A DNA stretch of 39,498 bases, taken from positions 1 through 39,498 of the forward strand of contig JYFJ02003618.1 of the NCBI GenBank assembly GCA_000934665.2, in the 5' to 3' direction. This document shows positions 19,701 through 32,859 of this stretch, piece by piece (position 1 is the stretch's first letter; every line of letters starts with the position of its first letter). The DNA is from Catajapyx aquilonaris (Eukaryota). The notes below the pieces were generated by a model that did no database searches, was not told the DNA's origin, and saw only the letters and a program-made list of their open reading frames with translations. Position numbers and translations under genes: made by a program.

Positions 19701-22700
19701 AAAAAGTGTTAGCATGGTCTGTATAATTAAGGTCGGAACTGGCTGCAACTAGAATATGGATTATAGATAAAAACCCGGATATTTTTTCTTTGTATGCGAA
19801 TATATGTGTGCGGTGCGAGCGTCAGTGGCAAATACGCAGATCGATGACGAATTATTAGTCAGACGCGATCGATTCGTCAGGGTCAACCGTCGTGAGCAGA
19901 CTGAAGCAAGAGTCATTGTTGATGGTAGTAGGGCGTCTATGTGACGTCATTGATTTCTGTTGCGTGGGAGGGTTTTCGGTTTTTACGTGGGCCGAAGAAC
20001 AGATCGATAAGTTGGCAGGGTGCCCAAAAATGATGTGACGTCGGTTGGGGAATAGCCGAATTCTCCAGGGTTGATGGCCTCCTATTTCGCTTCCCCCGGA
20101 ATTCCGGAATTCGGAATCCATTTTGGACTAAATACCGTGACTTGACAGGGTCGGATTTTATCTCGTAGTTTCATAAGGCCTTGATTATAATAAACTGCAG
20201 CTGCCCTGTTGAAGTTGTCGATTTGTTTCGTTTGAATATTGGTGCTAAACTGGGTGCTAAAGCAGATATTGTCATACAATAATATAAATATATTGGACAT
20301 GTGTATCAGAATTATATCTGATACACTAATCCAATGGCTTTATTAGTTTTATTATTATGGAGAAAGTTGTACAGTAAATGAGCACTCCCTATATAATTAT
20401 ATCAAATGCTGATATGATGAAATTATGACAGTGAATATTTCCTTAAAAAATTTCCAGAAAATGTTGAAAATGTTTCCTTACGCCTAATCATGGCGAAATA
20501 GGGAAAAGTGCATATTTCAAGACAAAATTCGAAATATAGATAAGCCTTATCTCAAGTGCCAATGTAAGTGCTCGCCACTCCGAGAGATATGAATTATATG
20601 GAAAATGTATGGTTTGAAATAATATGCTCGACAGTACACTATAATTATGTTAGCTCATAAACCACGGTGCTTGATAACACCTACATCTTGTTATCATGCT
20701 TCCTCTGGCTCACGTAACCGAACGTAAACATTGCATAAGCCAAACATTGCACAATCCATTATTTCTTGATTGACACCGTATCGATGTGATATACATTGTC
20801 TTGATGCCTGTCACTGATTGGGTTAATTAATCTATTGCCTCATTACTGAGACTGACCACGCGCTAATGTCATGAACTACATTTTACACTATTTTTCTTCC
20901 CACAGGTGTCTTGACCTTTGTGAACTGCTGGGACGTCAAATGGGCAACACGTGTTCAAGACGTCTTCACATATGCCAAACTGCTAGCACTTTTCATCATC
21001 ATCATCAGCGGTATTGTGCAGCTCGCATATGGTAAGCATTCAGGTCACCTCTACCGTGGGAGATCGGATCAAATGCCACGGCCAGACTTGAAAGGGTCAG
21101 TGTCACGGTCAACAGACGTCCGATAAGAACGAGGAAAATTTTGCTGTCACCTGAGCTGTTTCTCATCGCGAAAACTCTTGGCGATGGCAATCCGAGTAGG
21201 CAATGGACCTTGGAAGATTTTCAGGTCGATTTACGCTCCCGTTTTAGCCATGCGCGACGGCTGGACTCATATTAATGTCCGTCTGCTCGAAATTAATTGC
21301 TGTCATTAAGCATTGTAACGCGACGCTTTGTTTCCTGGCCGCATTCAGTTGATTTGTGTCCAAGCTTCTGATTACGAGAAAAGACGTTTGGACAGACTCT
21401 GCTGTAATTATTATTATCGTTTTTTTTGCAAGACTATCTCAGATGTCGCCTGTCGTCTGCGGATGTCGCCTACTGTTGTGCAAAAAAAAGTCTTGTCACA
21501 CCCGGCTGATGATAAAAAATAGGACAATTCCGGTTAAGATCTTGAGCAAGGATTTTCTTCCTGGGTCCATGACGCGGTTTTCCACTTGCGGTTGCATCAG
21601 AAAACCTGGCGGCGTAGGAGGACCGCAGATCATTATACCAGGAATCTCAAAAAAAGACGGCCTGAATAGAAGGATGATATTTCTGCATTGAACAACTTTG
21701 GGAAGAGCTATACTTAATTATAAGCTTCAAAAGGAGTGGGTCGACAGCCCACAGGATATTCTAAGCCGCGTTTAGTTAACTGTATTCTGCCCCCTACACT
21801 TTTCCTGTGTATTCAGCCTCTCATTTGTCATCTTTAGACTGGATGTCACAAGCACAGAGCGACTCCTTTCTCATACAGTTAAGAGTTCCTATAGTACACA
21901 TATTAGTTGCATAAGCGACTTTATATCTCTCTTCCGCTCAGCGCAACCGGAACACTGATACTGAATATTATTCGCAATGGGTAGGCCCTACATGGTACAA
22001 TCTGGCTTCATATCGAGGAATCATACCCCGGTTGTGATTTGAGAGCAGAAAATTCCATTGAGAAATCACATAAAGCACAATTGCTGAGTTCATTCCATGA
22101 AATTGGGTTGGCTGCCACAACATCCTTTTAGACTGATTATTCTAGTAGGTCAAATCATTTCCGCAATGGGAATTATCATGGGGCTCACAATATTGGGGTC
22201 AGACTATCAGTTCTATTTAGACTTATGTTTGCAAAAAAGTAAATGTATTTTTCCGCAAGATTTTCCGCTTCCTAATATTCTGCCTGTGACAGCGGGTGAT
22301 GGTCCTATGCTGTAATTTTCCGACCCTCTTGCCTCATCCTCTTCCACTTTTTTTTTTGGCCAGTGTATTTTTGGGGCTTCCCCCCTCCCATTTCCTCCCC
22401 CAACACGAGGGCGAAACTAGAGTAGAACGCTGTCTGCATCTTTTTTTCTCTCTCTCGATTTCTTTTTTGGCTTCTCGCTTTCTTCAAAGCGGAGACGCGT
22501 GTTGCATTTTTGAAGAATGTCCAAGTACCAGGACCGAAGGAAGTGCAAGTGTTTATAAACAGATTACTGTAACTTTGCAACCTAGTAACTTACGGTCCAC
22601 GTGGTCATGTACTACAAGTATGTAGAGTTAATTGGTTGGTGGGTGGGAAAGTGAAAGGCGAACGTGGTAAACGATCAAGGGAACGTGACCAGTTTGTAGT

Positions 22701-25700
22701 TGGCGATGCATTTTACGACTTCAGAAAACCTGTTATGAGCATACACCGTTGTAGTTTATTGCACATCAGTCTACGGTACTTCATCATATAAGCCAGGACG
22801 ATATTTTCTATTGCAGGCTGTCATCAGGGTAGTTTCTTGAGAAGGATGTAATAATTTTGGGATTCACGAACACCACATTTTCCACATGCACGGGCGTTGA
22901 AATGGGCAGAATTCGATTTAAATGCCAGTACTCAAAATATAAAAAGAATAATACGAGTAAAATGACATAAGCACATAACATTACAGAAAAAGAGCTAAAG
23001 TCCAAGATAATAAATTTGGAACTCGGTAAAGTACATGTGTTCAGGAAATCGGAATCAAATATTGACAAAATTTTGGTTGAAACACTTGACCCAATATGGC
23101 TGATGTCGAGTGGGTCAGATATCAGGAAGTTTTGACTCAAAGGCTGCATAATAATTATTTTTTCTACAGGGTCCTGAACTTCAGCCTTATTCCATTGCGC
23201 GGTTCAATTATTTTGTTGCTTTGGGAGGACGTATGACTGACAGTTAGAGTAATATTAGAAGCTGTTGGCGTTGTGACAGTGCATGCACCGTTACGATAGC
23301 CTTTACGAGATGTGTGTCCTAGATGCTGCATCTTAAGACACCGATAAGAAAATGGGGTCGTTTTCCGTCTCTTTTTATTGACGAATCCGTGGAAAGGTCT
23401 CTCCTGCTGCGATGGCCTTTCACTCCGAGAAATGGAACGACCCGGAACTATTTGCAGTCAATTTCCTCGCATTCACACGGACCTAAAAAAGGGACAGCTC
23501 TTAGAGACCGACGGTGCTGTCGGTGCAGGCAAAATTAGATCCCCGTGTCTTTTAAAGCCAGGGCGGGCTATACATCCAAGAAAGCGGAACCAGCTAGTCC
23601 GGACTGGAAATCCCCGAATTGTTGGGGAGAATATTCCAGCCCTGGGATTGGAATTGCAAATGTTCCCGCCAGCAGCGATCAAGACTTGATCCGATACCCG
23701 TCAGACCGATTGGAATAAGAAAAGACGGAACTGGCTTCCTATATGAGAAGACGTCCTCTTCTTATTCTGTGTTATTGTTCTGCGAACGTGGAGTCGCACT
23801 GGCGCCTGTATCCCTCCCGGATATATAACCTATTCGGTTTCTTTTCTTCTTCTGAAGCCTTCAAACCCGCGTGTTTGATCACAAGGGCTCGGGAGATTTG
23901 GAATGCAAACACTTTTCAAATCACGGACTTCCAATCGGAATTTTTGGAGCAAACATATGATAGACGTGACCTCTTGCAAGTTGTGTGGGTTTTTAGATTT
24001 AATAGGGTCGTCCTTTGGATGATGCAGCACCCTTCGTTATGAATACAATGAAGCAACATGTATGATTTATAAGGTCCGCACCAAACGCGGCTTGTGCGCG
24101 AATAATAGTTGCAAATCAGTGCCACGCCTTTTTCGTACGTACATTTAATGAGGATGTTGTTTGTACAATATTTTGTGTGTCTAATATATTTCTATTTTTT
24201 ACAGGAGAGACCAAGTACTTCACGTTTGAGAACACGGAAACAGACGTACGGCAGATAGCGCTCTCGTTTTACTCCGGGTTATTTGCGTACAATGGATGGT
24301 AAGTGACGCGCTTTTATCATTGGTTTCACGACATGACCATTTTACTGTCGATTGTGACAATATTTGTAACATATAGCTTGATTGTAGCCGCCTGAGTACC
24401 GGAGACAGGGAACAAATATTTTTATGGGACAAAAACCGCATTGTGCAGTTCGCTTTCAGCCTCGGTCCACCTGAAGGGATCCAATTTATCTGCCGAAGAA
24501 GAAGAAATAAATGAGACGAAGGATTTTGGCCAATGAAGCTCCTCTCTGATCCTGCACCTAATTTCGCAGAATCGGATTTGGCGCCCTGTTCAATCCCGAG
24601 CGACTTGTTATAACTATATATAAAAAAACCTTCGTGGAAGTAATTAGGACTTGGACTTTGCGGCTTTTGTTTAATACCGGGAATATCCTTCTGGATTGCC
24701 CTTATATATACTGCTTATATGCCAACATTGTAGTGATTACTATTTCGTCGTATATTCGGTAGATATCATTCCCGGTCTTGTGTAGTTAGATTGGAAAGAC
24801 CAGTCCGCAGCTAGATTAAGGCGCGTCTTTGACAGGATGACGTTAATTAATTGCTGATAGTTTTTTGATAAGGGATCGGCTGACGTGTCGGCGTGTTTTG
24901 GATGTTAACGACGGAGATGCGGACGTAACTAGAGTTTGACGGGAAAGCAACAGGTGTAGGAAATGACCTTGACAAGTATAGGCATAAGTCGTGTACTATT
25001 TCTATTTTTTTTTCTCTCGAGTGGTTTAGACACTTTAGAGATAACTTAGCTTGCGATGTTGATGGGTCAAAAGCATTTTATGGTTATGGGCCTTACAGCA
25101 GATAGGGTGGGTCATATGTCGCTGCAGCCTTGACCTGATTGAGGAATAGCTCTTATGCAGATCTGGGTCGGTAAGTGTAGATAATTGCAGTGCAGTCTAC
25201 TATAGTCTTGCCTTAACCATATAAACGTATGGCATACATGTGTCACTGTACATAGAATCAGCAGTTGTCTCTATCACGATAAAACAGATTAAGCACTACT
25301 GATGTAATAGTGGAGTAGCAAAAGATAATGTGTATACAGTACGTTACGTAAACGGCAGTTGACTCTGGAAGACGTAAACTGCTACACGACATTTAATCGA
25401 CTTGAGTGAGTGAATGGGAAGGCCAGTAAAAACTTTACGGAACTTATAAAATAATGTCATATCATAACCCTAAAAATATATATAATGTGCCTACATAATA
25501 AATAACACTTTGTTTTCAATTACAGGAATTACTTGAATTTCATCATTGAAGAACTGAAGGATCCTGTAAAGTAAGTTGGTCGCTTGGTTGGTATACTGTA
25601 CGAAAAGAATTCCGTAGCATAATATTGAAGTAATAACTTATTTGACGACCATTAATTATACCACTAATATTTTACCAGTTTTGCTACTTGCAGCTGTGTA

Positions 25701-28700
25701 GTGAACATTCCGGTTTTTTTTTTCAAACTCTTTAAAACTTTATCAAGGCCTCAATTGTCTTGTAACTTTCGAGACTTCTGGTTCCGATTTCATGTGTAAC
25801 AATATTACTTTCGCTTATTGTTCCTTTCTTTTCTCGAAGGAATCTGCCCAGAGCCATTGCCATTTCGTGCATTTTGGTGACAGTTGTGTACGTCATGGCC
25901 AATGTCGCCTTCTTCACTACGCTTTCACCACAGGAGGTTCTCAGTGCCGAAGCAGTTGCAGTGGTAAGGAACATTAGTCCCCACCAAGAAACAAGTAGCA
26001 GTGACTTTATGCCCTCAGATACAATCGTAATAATTTAATAAGCAAGATGCTGCATGCTCTTGCAATTTTTATCGGGCGAAAACGAATTCTCTAAGGCACG
26101 TGTAATTTGTAACGATAAATATGTTGGGTTTACTGTATAATTGACTGCATTTAAATGCACACGTTTCCGGCAATAAATCAAGTTTTCAAACTATTTTGAG
26201 CTAAACGCACGTGTCAAAATGTAGCAGGATTCACCTGATTAGGTTCCATATTGACGAAAATATACCCGTAGTAAAGTACAAGTTAATTGAAAATGTAATA
26301 TCGTATAATACTTTACTGATACAAAAAAATTGTGACAAACAGTTGAAGTGGCGCTCAATGAGAATACCTACAGCAAAAACATCTGTATAATAATATGACT
26401 TCATTTAATGCGGCCGCACCCAAGGCCTCCGCGCACATGTTCATTACGATATGCAGAAATTGTCCTCGTCCGAACTACGCTGTATTGCATGTTATGCATT
26501 AAAGACGACAAGTTGGAAGTGCGAGGGGTGTGGGCCTGTAGTACATTCAAGGTTACATTGCGAACATGTTTTTGCATATAAAATGTGACGTGCCAAGAGG
26601 GCAAATGGCACGAAGGGGCCAGCTCGGTCAAGAAAAAAAAAGAGAATGAAATCTTGATGTCCGATCATTTGGTTTTTTTTAAATCTCTTTCCTATCTCAG
26701 CTTGACCTCGTTGAGTTGCTAAACGGTTTGAACATTTCAAAAGAAGTAAGCCAGTTCAAGACTCCCTGGGTGCTAAAATAAATTCGCAGAATTATTTTTA
26801 ATAAGGGCATGTGGTGTTTAAGATATGAGATGCGCGCAATACTCTTTTTTTTAAGCATCATGATGTCTACAGAATATTTAGAATGACGTTTCTTGCAGGA
26901 TTATGCGGGATTTTACCTGCAAATTTATCATGACATGTTGCATCAAGTGCAAAGCATACGTACTTGACGTGCGCTGGATTACTTATCTGCAACTATGTTT
27001 TTTCCTCTTTGCAGTCTTTTGCCGAGAAACTGTATGGAAAATTTGCGTGGATCATTCCTGTGTTTGTTGCCATGTCAACATTTGGAGCTGTCAACGGTGT
27101 CCTTCTGACGTCATCCAGGTTCGTTGAAAAATTTAATTGCGAGTTTGTGTGAACAAACTCGTTAACTTTAGCCGCCGGCAATCCATTAAAAAGTTATTTA
27201 TACTGTATATTTAAAAAAACAAACACCCCTTCAATTTGGTACTTTACTACTTTGTGTACTGCACGGAAGTACCTCAACAGCCTTGTTCCCTGCATTTACG
27301 ATCAATTAAATAATCACGTTTCAGTTGCCAAATGAATGTAAAAGTTACACAGAATATACTGTAGAATTTCAGATAAAACACAGGTGATATACAGTAATGC
27401 ACACCATTGAAAGAATTAATGTCAACATTGAGAGGCAATTATTGCATTTTTTATTCACCTGCGTGCATTACCAATATGACAAAACAGCTGTAGTAGGGTA
27501 TGTGACTAATATGATTGTATTATCCTCAGATTGTTTTATGCTGGAGCCTGTGAAGGACAAATGCCTGTGATTCTAACAATGATCCAAGTCAGTCGGCTGA
27601 CTCCAACTCCCGCTGTTCTTGTCATGGTAAGTACTGGTTGTATGCATCACAGAGTATGACAATGCTCATTACTACACTTTGAGCTGATTCACTACATGAA
27701 TTCAGTGGACCAGCTGAGAGGGCATTAACCAGAGTTCAAGTTTACTTTAAATATTTATCGCTGGTGATAAGCTCGTCTGACACAGCAAATAATTTCCCAA
27801 TAGCCAGAGCAGACCGGTCATCTTATAGATGCAGCATGTGAATGTGGGATGACCAGTTGTAGAAGTAAAGAGGCCGTAAACACATTAAGTTGATGGCATT
27901 AGCTGTTATAGAGTGTGCCTCCGTATCACATTGCTTGAAGGCAACAAAAAGTGACTACTGATAATCTCTGCCTGCATGTACTGTACGTAAATATGGGTGA
28001 AAGGACTGGTTATGGAGGATGCATAATTTTACTGCTGTTTATTTATATCAAGGAAAGATAAAGTAATGCTATAATTCTGCCAGTGACTGCATGGCACCCA
28101 ATAATTATTACCAATATTTCCATATGTGATTGAGGATATCGAGGGAAAGCTATCATTACCATACAGAACAGTGGCACACTAAAATAAGTTAATAACTAGT
28201 CAATTGGTATGGCAAAAAAACTTATAGGTTTTTGTTGGTATTTATCATGAATGAGGCGCTACGAGTACAATAGTGCAGCTTACAAGGCGTTACATAAAGA
28301 AGTAGGAGTTTTAATTTTCGTAATTAGTAGGCCTATATTACAAGCCCGGTAATATTATGTTGTTGTTAAACAGGTTGCAATATTATTCTGTCTCATTCTG
28401 CGTAGACATTAACAGACAGGCAGAATGATCTGGGACAGAATCAACCAATGAAAATCACAAAGAGATAAATTCGATATGACCTACAAGCATACGATTATGA
28501 TATTTCTCTCAGAACAGCAGTCCTTATCTTATGCTCCATATCTGTGTTTAGAGTAATTCAGATTAACATGACCATCATAGTAATATTTTGGCAATTGTGT
28601 TTAATTTTCTCTTTACACGTGAATTTCGGCAATTTTGGTATTGCATGATTCCTTGGACAATTACCGTATAACCATCAAGGACGAAATTGTTTCAGAACAT

Positions 28701-29766
28701 TCCCTCTTGATAAATACATTATTGTATGACAAGTATATTGCCCTGAGATATCTGGACAATGCACCACAACCATTGTAGAGCAATGAGGAATGCATTATGA
28801 ACACATAACTCTTTTGACAGCATGACTGCACATCTCACGAAGGGAATTTGTAGGACACTGTATTACCAAAATGGATTGTTATGGCCCGTGAATACACAAA
28901 AGGATCACTAATTACTGGCGCTAGGTCAAACTTGGCCCACACAGGATGCACTAAAAGTATTGTAATCTTCAGCTAATGTTTTACAGCCTCTTTTTACATA
29001 AAGTCGGGTTTTATTGTAAAAGGATATTTCATACTACAGTATAAAGTTGTTACACATCCTTGGGTATGCCATATCAAACAGATGCATTGTGTGCAGCTCC
29101 AGTTAGCATAATATTTAAACGTCTAACATGTATGCAATTTTTCATTTCAGGCGCTCCTCTCCTTGCTTTATTTATGTTCTTCGGATATTTTTGCGTTAAT
29201 CAACTACGTAGGATTTGCCACATGGGTAAGTCCTGCACTCTGGTTTGGGATGAGAGCAAATCACTTTGAACTGATGTATACTCTTGAAATATTCCAGCTG
29301 AGTATCGGCCTGGCTGTCCTGTGCCTACCATGGTTGAGATGGAAGCGACCCGAACTTCCCAGGCCAATCCGAGTCAACCTGTTCTTCCCAATCATCTACA
29401 TCATTGCCACCATCTTCATAACCGTTGTGCCAATGATGGCCAGTCCTGTAGAGACAGGTATCGGAACACTCATCATTCTCAGCGGAGTTCCAGTCTACCT
29501 TGTGTTCATCTCCTGGAAGAACAAGCCCCGAGTTGTGAGGCAAATTACAGGTATGTTTCATCAGGTGGAATCACCTGGATACAGTAATTATTCCAGGCTT
29601 GTTAAGTGTACGGGTATAACAGTGCCAATAACTTTTTTCTCCCTGAAACGCAGCGAGAGTGACAAAGGAACTTCAAAAAGTGTTGCTTGTGGTTGCTCCT
29701 GAGTCTATGGCAAGGAGGGAAGTGTCAGGATCAGCATCGACGCAACCTTTAACCGCTCAGAAATGA
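16730..29766 (+). CDS. SLC7A8: L-type (large neutral) amino acid transporter light chain, SLC7 LAT1/LAT2-like; isoform A with last exon 10a, ~514 aa
   Basis: Exons 16730-17243 (acceptor at 16714, so an upstream non-coding exon exists), 20906-21031, 24205-24298, 25526-25570, 25840-25963, 27015-27118, 27530-27626, 29151-29225, 29298-29550, 29654-29766. Motifs: [10 protein letters not shown] (TM1), CYAELG, KPFFPTC (heavy-chain disulfide Cys), [15 protein letters not shown] (TM6), KNLPRAI, SSRLFYAGA. The symbol is family-level only (likely co-ortholog of SLC7A5/SLC7A8, Drosophila CG1607-like). Confidence 0.92.
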
Positions 29767-31120
29767 TAGCGTCGAGTCTATGATCTCCTTTTCTAACTTG
29801 CCTTTTTGTAGGGGGACTAAGGCAAGGAATACTTAACTCCCAATTGGGATCAGTTCTGATTCTTTATTATGTCTGCACTCTTGCACATTCTTCAAAAAAA
29901 AAAAAAATCTCACCTTTGCTTTATTTATTTTTTACTCCCTTGTTAGGTACTCTTTCTGTCTTGTGGCCGCATGTTTTATTACGAAAATTATCAAGGTACA
30001 TACATGCTCCCAGTTATTTATGAACATGCTGAGTGCAAGGTATTCATTGGATAAAGCAAATTAAATTACTTTAGTACTGATGGGGCATATGGATGACTAA
30101 TATCCACTAATTGTTGATGAAATGATCCGTAGAATCATACCTAAGGCCATAAATGAAGTAAGAAAATGCAATAAGTTCAATAATAATAATATTAAACAGA
30201 CAACGAGAAGTGCAATACAATCATACATGAAATGCACGAAATACATTATTTTAATACCGTATATTCCATGAAACAATAAAATTATACAAGTTGTCAATGG
30301 ACATTTCATTAGCACTTGATTTCTTAGGCTCCTGACAGTACTGCTTCCAATGAGTGAACATTATTATTATTACTGCATATGCTCATTCCATAAACTAAGA
30401 GATTGGAGCACTATTTAGAACTGTAGCATTATTCATATAAAATTTATATTCACATGGAATGTAAGCCTGCTCTTTCTCATAGGCATGACATATTTCTTCC
30501 TGCATTTTCAATGATAATGCTAACCATGAAAATGTAATGCGAAAGATATTTTGCATGCAATTCTAACCAGATACTAGATTTATTAGACTTTCAAATATAT
30601 TCATTATTATTACATCTCATTACATCAGATAACTGGGAGTTCATAGTTCATGCCCCTCATTTTTTTAAAAACTGCTAGACTGGACATAATGCAAGACATG
30701 TTAATTTCTTCCCTTTGTAGTTAAACATACAGGAACATGCAACACTTTACATCTCACCAACTCCATCGAGGCATGAAATCAACTAATATGCCCTAATATA
30801 ATCTCTCTCTCTTCACACTACAGCATATTACATGTTATTATTTTGGAATATTTATTTATTAATAATTAGTAAACATCATAACAAAAGTTTTATTATAGAA
30901 CTTCTGACTGCGATGATGTGACGTCAGCTTGATTTTTGCATGATTGGTGGTGTCATCGGTTTCATACAACTTTTATATTGCGTATTGTATTTATAATTTT
31001 GCCTCGGTGTTTTAAACATGTTTTCATCTCATTTGGTTTCGTTTATTACTGTGACGGTGTCGTAACCTGCATTTTGAGTTTTGCGTCTCTGTACTAGGAT
31101 AATTTCCTCTGTGCTTCCAG

Positions 31121-31245
31121 AGTCTGTAACTATGATGATGCAGAAAACTATGATGGTTGTGCGACCTCAGTCTTCCAAGGTTTTTGCTCTCTTGTTGATT
31201 AGTAGTGACGAGAGCTTGTGTGTTACCACTAATGATGCCCATTAG
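31121..31245 (+). CDS. Alternative last coding exon 10b of the SLC7/LAT gene (isoform B, ~518 aa)
   Basis: Acceptor tttcctctgtgcttccag| in the same phase 1 as exon 10a. Encodes (E)SVTMMMQKTMMVVRPQSSKVFALLLISSDESLCVTTNDAH*, homologous to the LAT C-terminal T-x-x-x-QK-x-x-x-VV motif. Confidence 0.75.
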
Positions 31246-31815
31246 GCAATATATAAACAGCAGACATGTGACTAATAGCTGTCATAGAATAGGTTCAGTG
31301 TGTTAGATATTTTTTTATAAATAATTTCTTACGTAACGTATTTTTTTAAAAATCAGTGCCAGCAAACTTTTTAAAGTAACTGCTGGTGTATAACTCTGTG
31401 TAGTAGTGGTAACATTTTTTAAGTTATCAATTTCAAGCTAATACTCTCTGGAACAATGAACACATAATGTGCAGTGTTTCTTAATCAAAGTAGTGCCATT
31501 ATTAAGTCCCAAACAGTGCGGTACACAGTGGTACTTATTTTGGCCCAAAATAAAATCCTTGCATTGAGTGTTGCCTTTGCAACAATATAAAATAGCGAGA
31601 TCGCATAAAAGGCGTGACCATTTCCCCTGGTAAAATAATACCCTGTTTGGGCATGCTTTTTCAGTAATTGTGTTATTTTAGTCTTAACTCAATAATTAAA
31701 CTTCATCATCATTGTAGCATAGTGTAGCCTTCTTCACCTTTGCTTCTCTTTGACATTGCATTTGCTGCTGTTGCTTTGACAAAAGTTATTAATGCAAATT
31801 TCATTTCCATTGCAG

Positions 31816-31883
31816 TGAGTATAACGAGGACTCTTCAAAAGCTGATGGTAGTGGTGTCTGCAGAAACAGCGAAGAAGGTGTAA
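31816..31883 (+). CDS. Alternative last coding exon 10c of the SLC7/LAT gene (isoform C, ~499 aa)
   Basis: Acceptor tttcatttccattgcag|, phase 1. Encodes (V)SITRTLQKLMVVVSAETAKKV*, homologous to exons 10a and 10b and to LAT C-termini. Confidence 0.82.
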
Positions 31884-31951
31884 AGTGCATCGCACTAGAA
31901 TCGTCAATGGTTTATTATTTTTTTTGGAATTTTTACATTATTTATGTTTTA

Positions 31952-31994
31952 AAACAAACTGAACTTCACAGTTTGTTTCACACTGTGAAGTTCA
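31952..31994. repeat. Overlapping inverted repeats (10-bp and 13-bp stems)
   Basis: AAACAAACTG (31952-31961) pairs with CAGTTTGTTT (31969-31978). TGAACTTCACAGT (31960-31972) pairs with ACTGTGAAGTTCA (31982-31994). Confidence 0.8.
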
Positions 31995-32820
31995 CGTTGT
32001 CCTATGGATACTTTATATTACGTCGCATTATTTTTAATGTTTTTTTTGTATTTTCCAATTTTTTTGTTGCTAAATTGACCATATTTTTGTAGTCTTAATA
32101 GTTGTCACGGAATATGCCGCATTGGCGTCTCAGGAGACGAGCCAATAAGACACAACAGCTATTGGAACTTAACAATATTTTCAGTGTTATTACCGGGAAT
32201 CCAGACTGTCATTCCAATGCCATTATGATGTCTCACTGTTCATTGGTAACACTGTATATGTATACGCTGTAACATTGTCCTGTTTGTCTCAAAGCAACAT
32301 TCCAGACGACGGGTGGCTGGGGGGGATCGAACTATAAACTGAAGCAAAAGAAAAATATATATCTAAATGCCGCCTGTTACTCGTTCAATGTCAGAGGAAG
32401 CTGTCTATGGTTCCCTCGTGTCTAGAAGTGAAGTCGTAACACATTCACTCTCACTGTGTTGGAAGTTGTGTTGTGGCCGTTGTCCAAGTTATGGATATCA
32501 GTATTACTGGAATATTGTTGCATTTTGTTCCTTCTCTTGTTTGGTGACGGATATGGAGAATCTCGTACATTACCTGAGGAGGATTAGAAGTTACACATGC
32601 TATAAAACAGGACATGAACGTCAATGAGACCGGGTCCATCCAACTGTCCTTCTGCTGTGATTTCCCTGTACACAGTACTATGCAGCGAAAATTAATAGTG
32701 TTTATACAATAGAGTCGAATCACATTACCACACATTGAATCCATTGAGTAACATCGACTTTTCCTTTGCACCCATTTTACTCCTCGGATTCCAAGATGTT
32801 GAGTATAGTAATTTCTTTAA

Positions 32821-32859
32821 AAAAAAAAACGACGACCACAATGTTCGTCGTTTTTTTTT
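32821..32859. repeat. Perfect 15-bp inverted repeat (hairpin, 9-nt loop)
   Basis: AAAAAAAAACGACGA ccacaatgt TCGTCGTTTTTTTTT. Confidence 0.75.

Noticed and set aside
23559..23645. Short CAGGGC..GCCCTG inverted ends resembling a degraded hAT-type MITE (similar CAGGGTTG motifs near 19672 and 39482)
   Set aside because: The inverted match is only 6-7 bp and there is no target-site duplication.
29551..31815. Docking-site/selector RNA pairings controlling the alternative last exons
   Set aside because: Only an 8-nt complement (ACAGTAAT/ATTACTGT) was found by eye, which is not significant. A comparative covariation search would be needed.
32821..32859. Rho-independent terminator-like hairpin with U-tract
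   Set aside because: Eukaryotic context, and 9 of the 15 bp are A/T homopolymer. Kept only as an inverted repeat.
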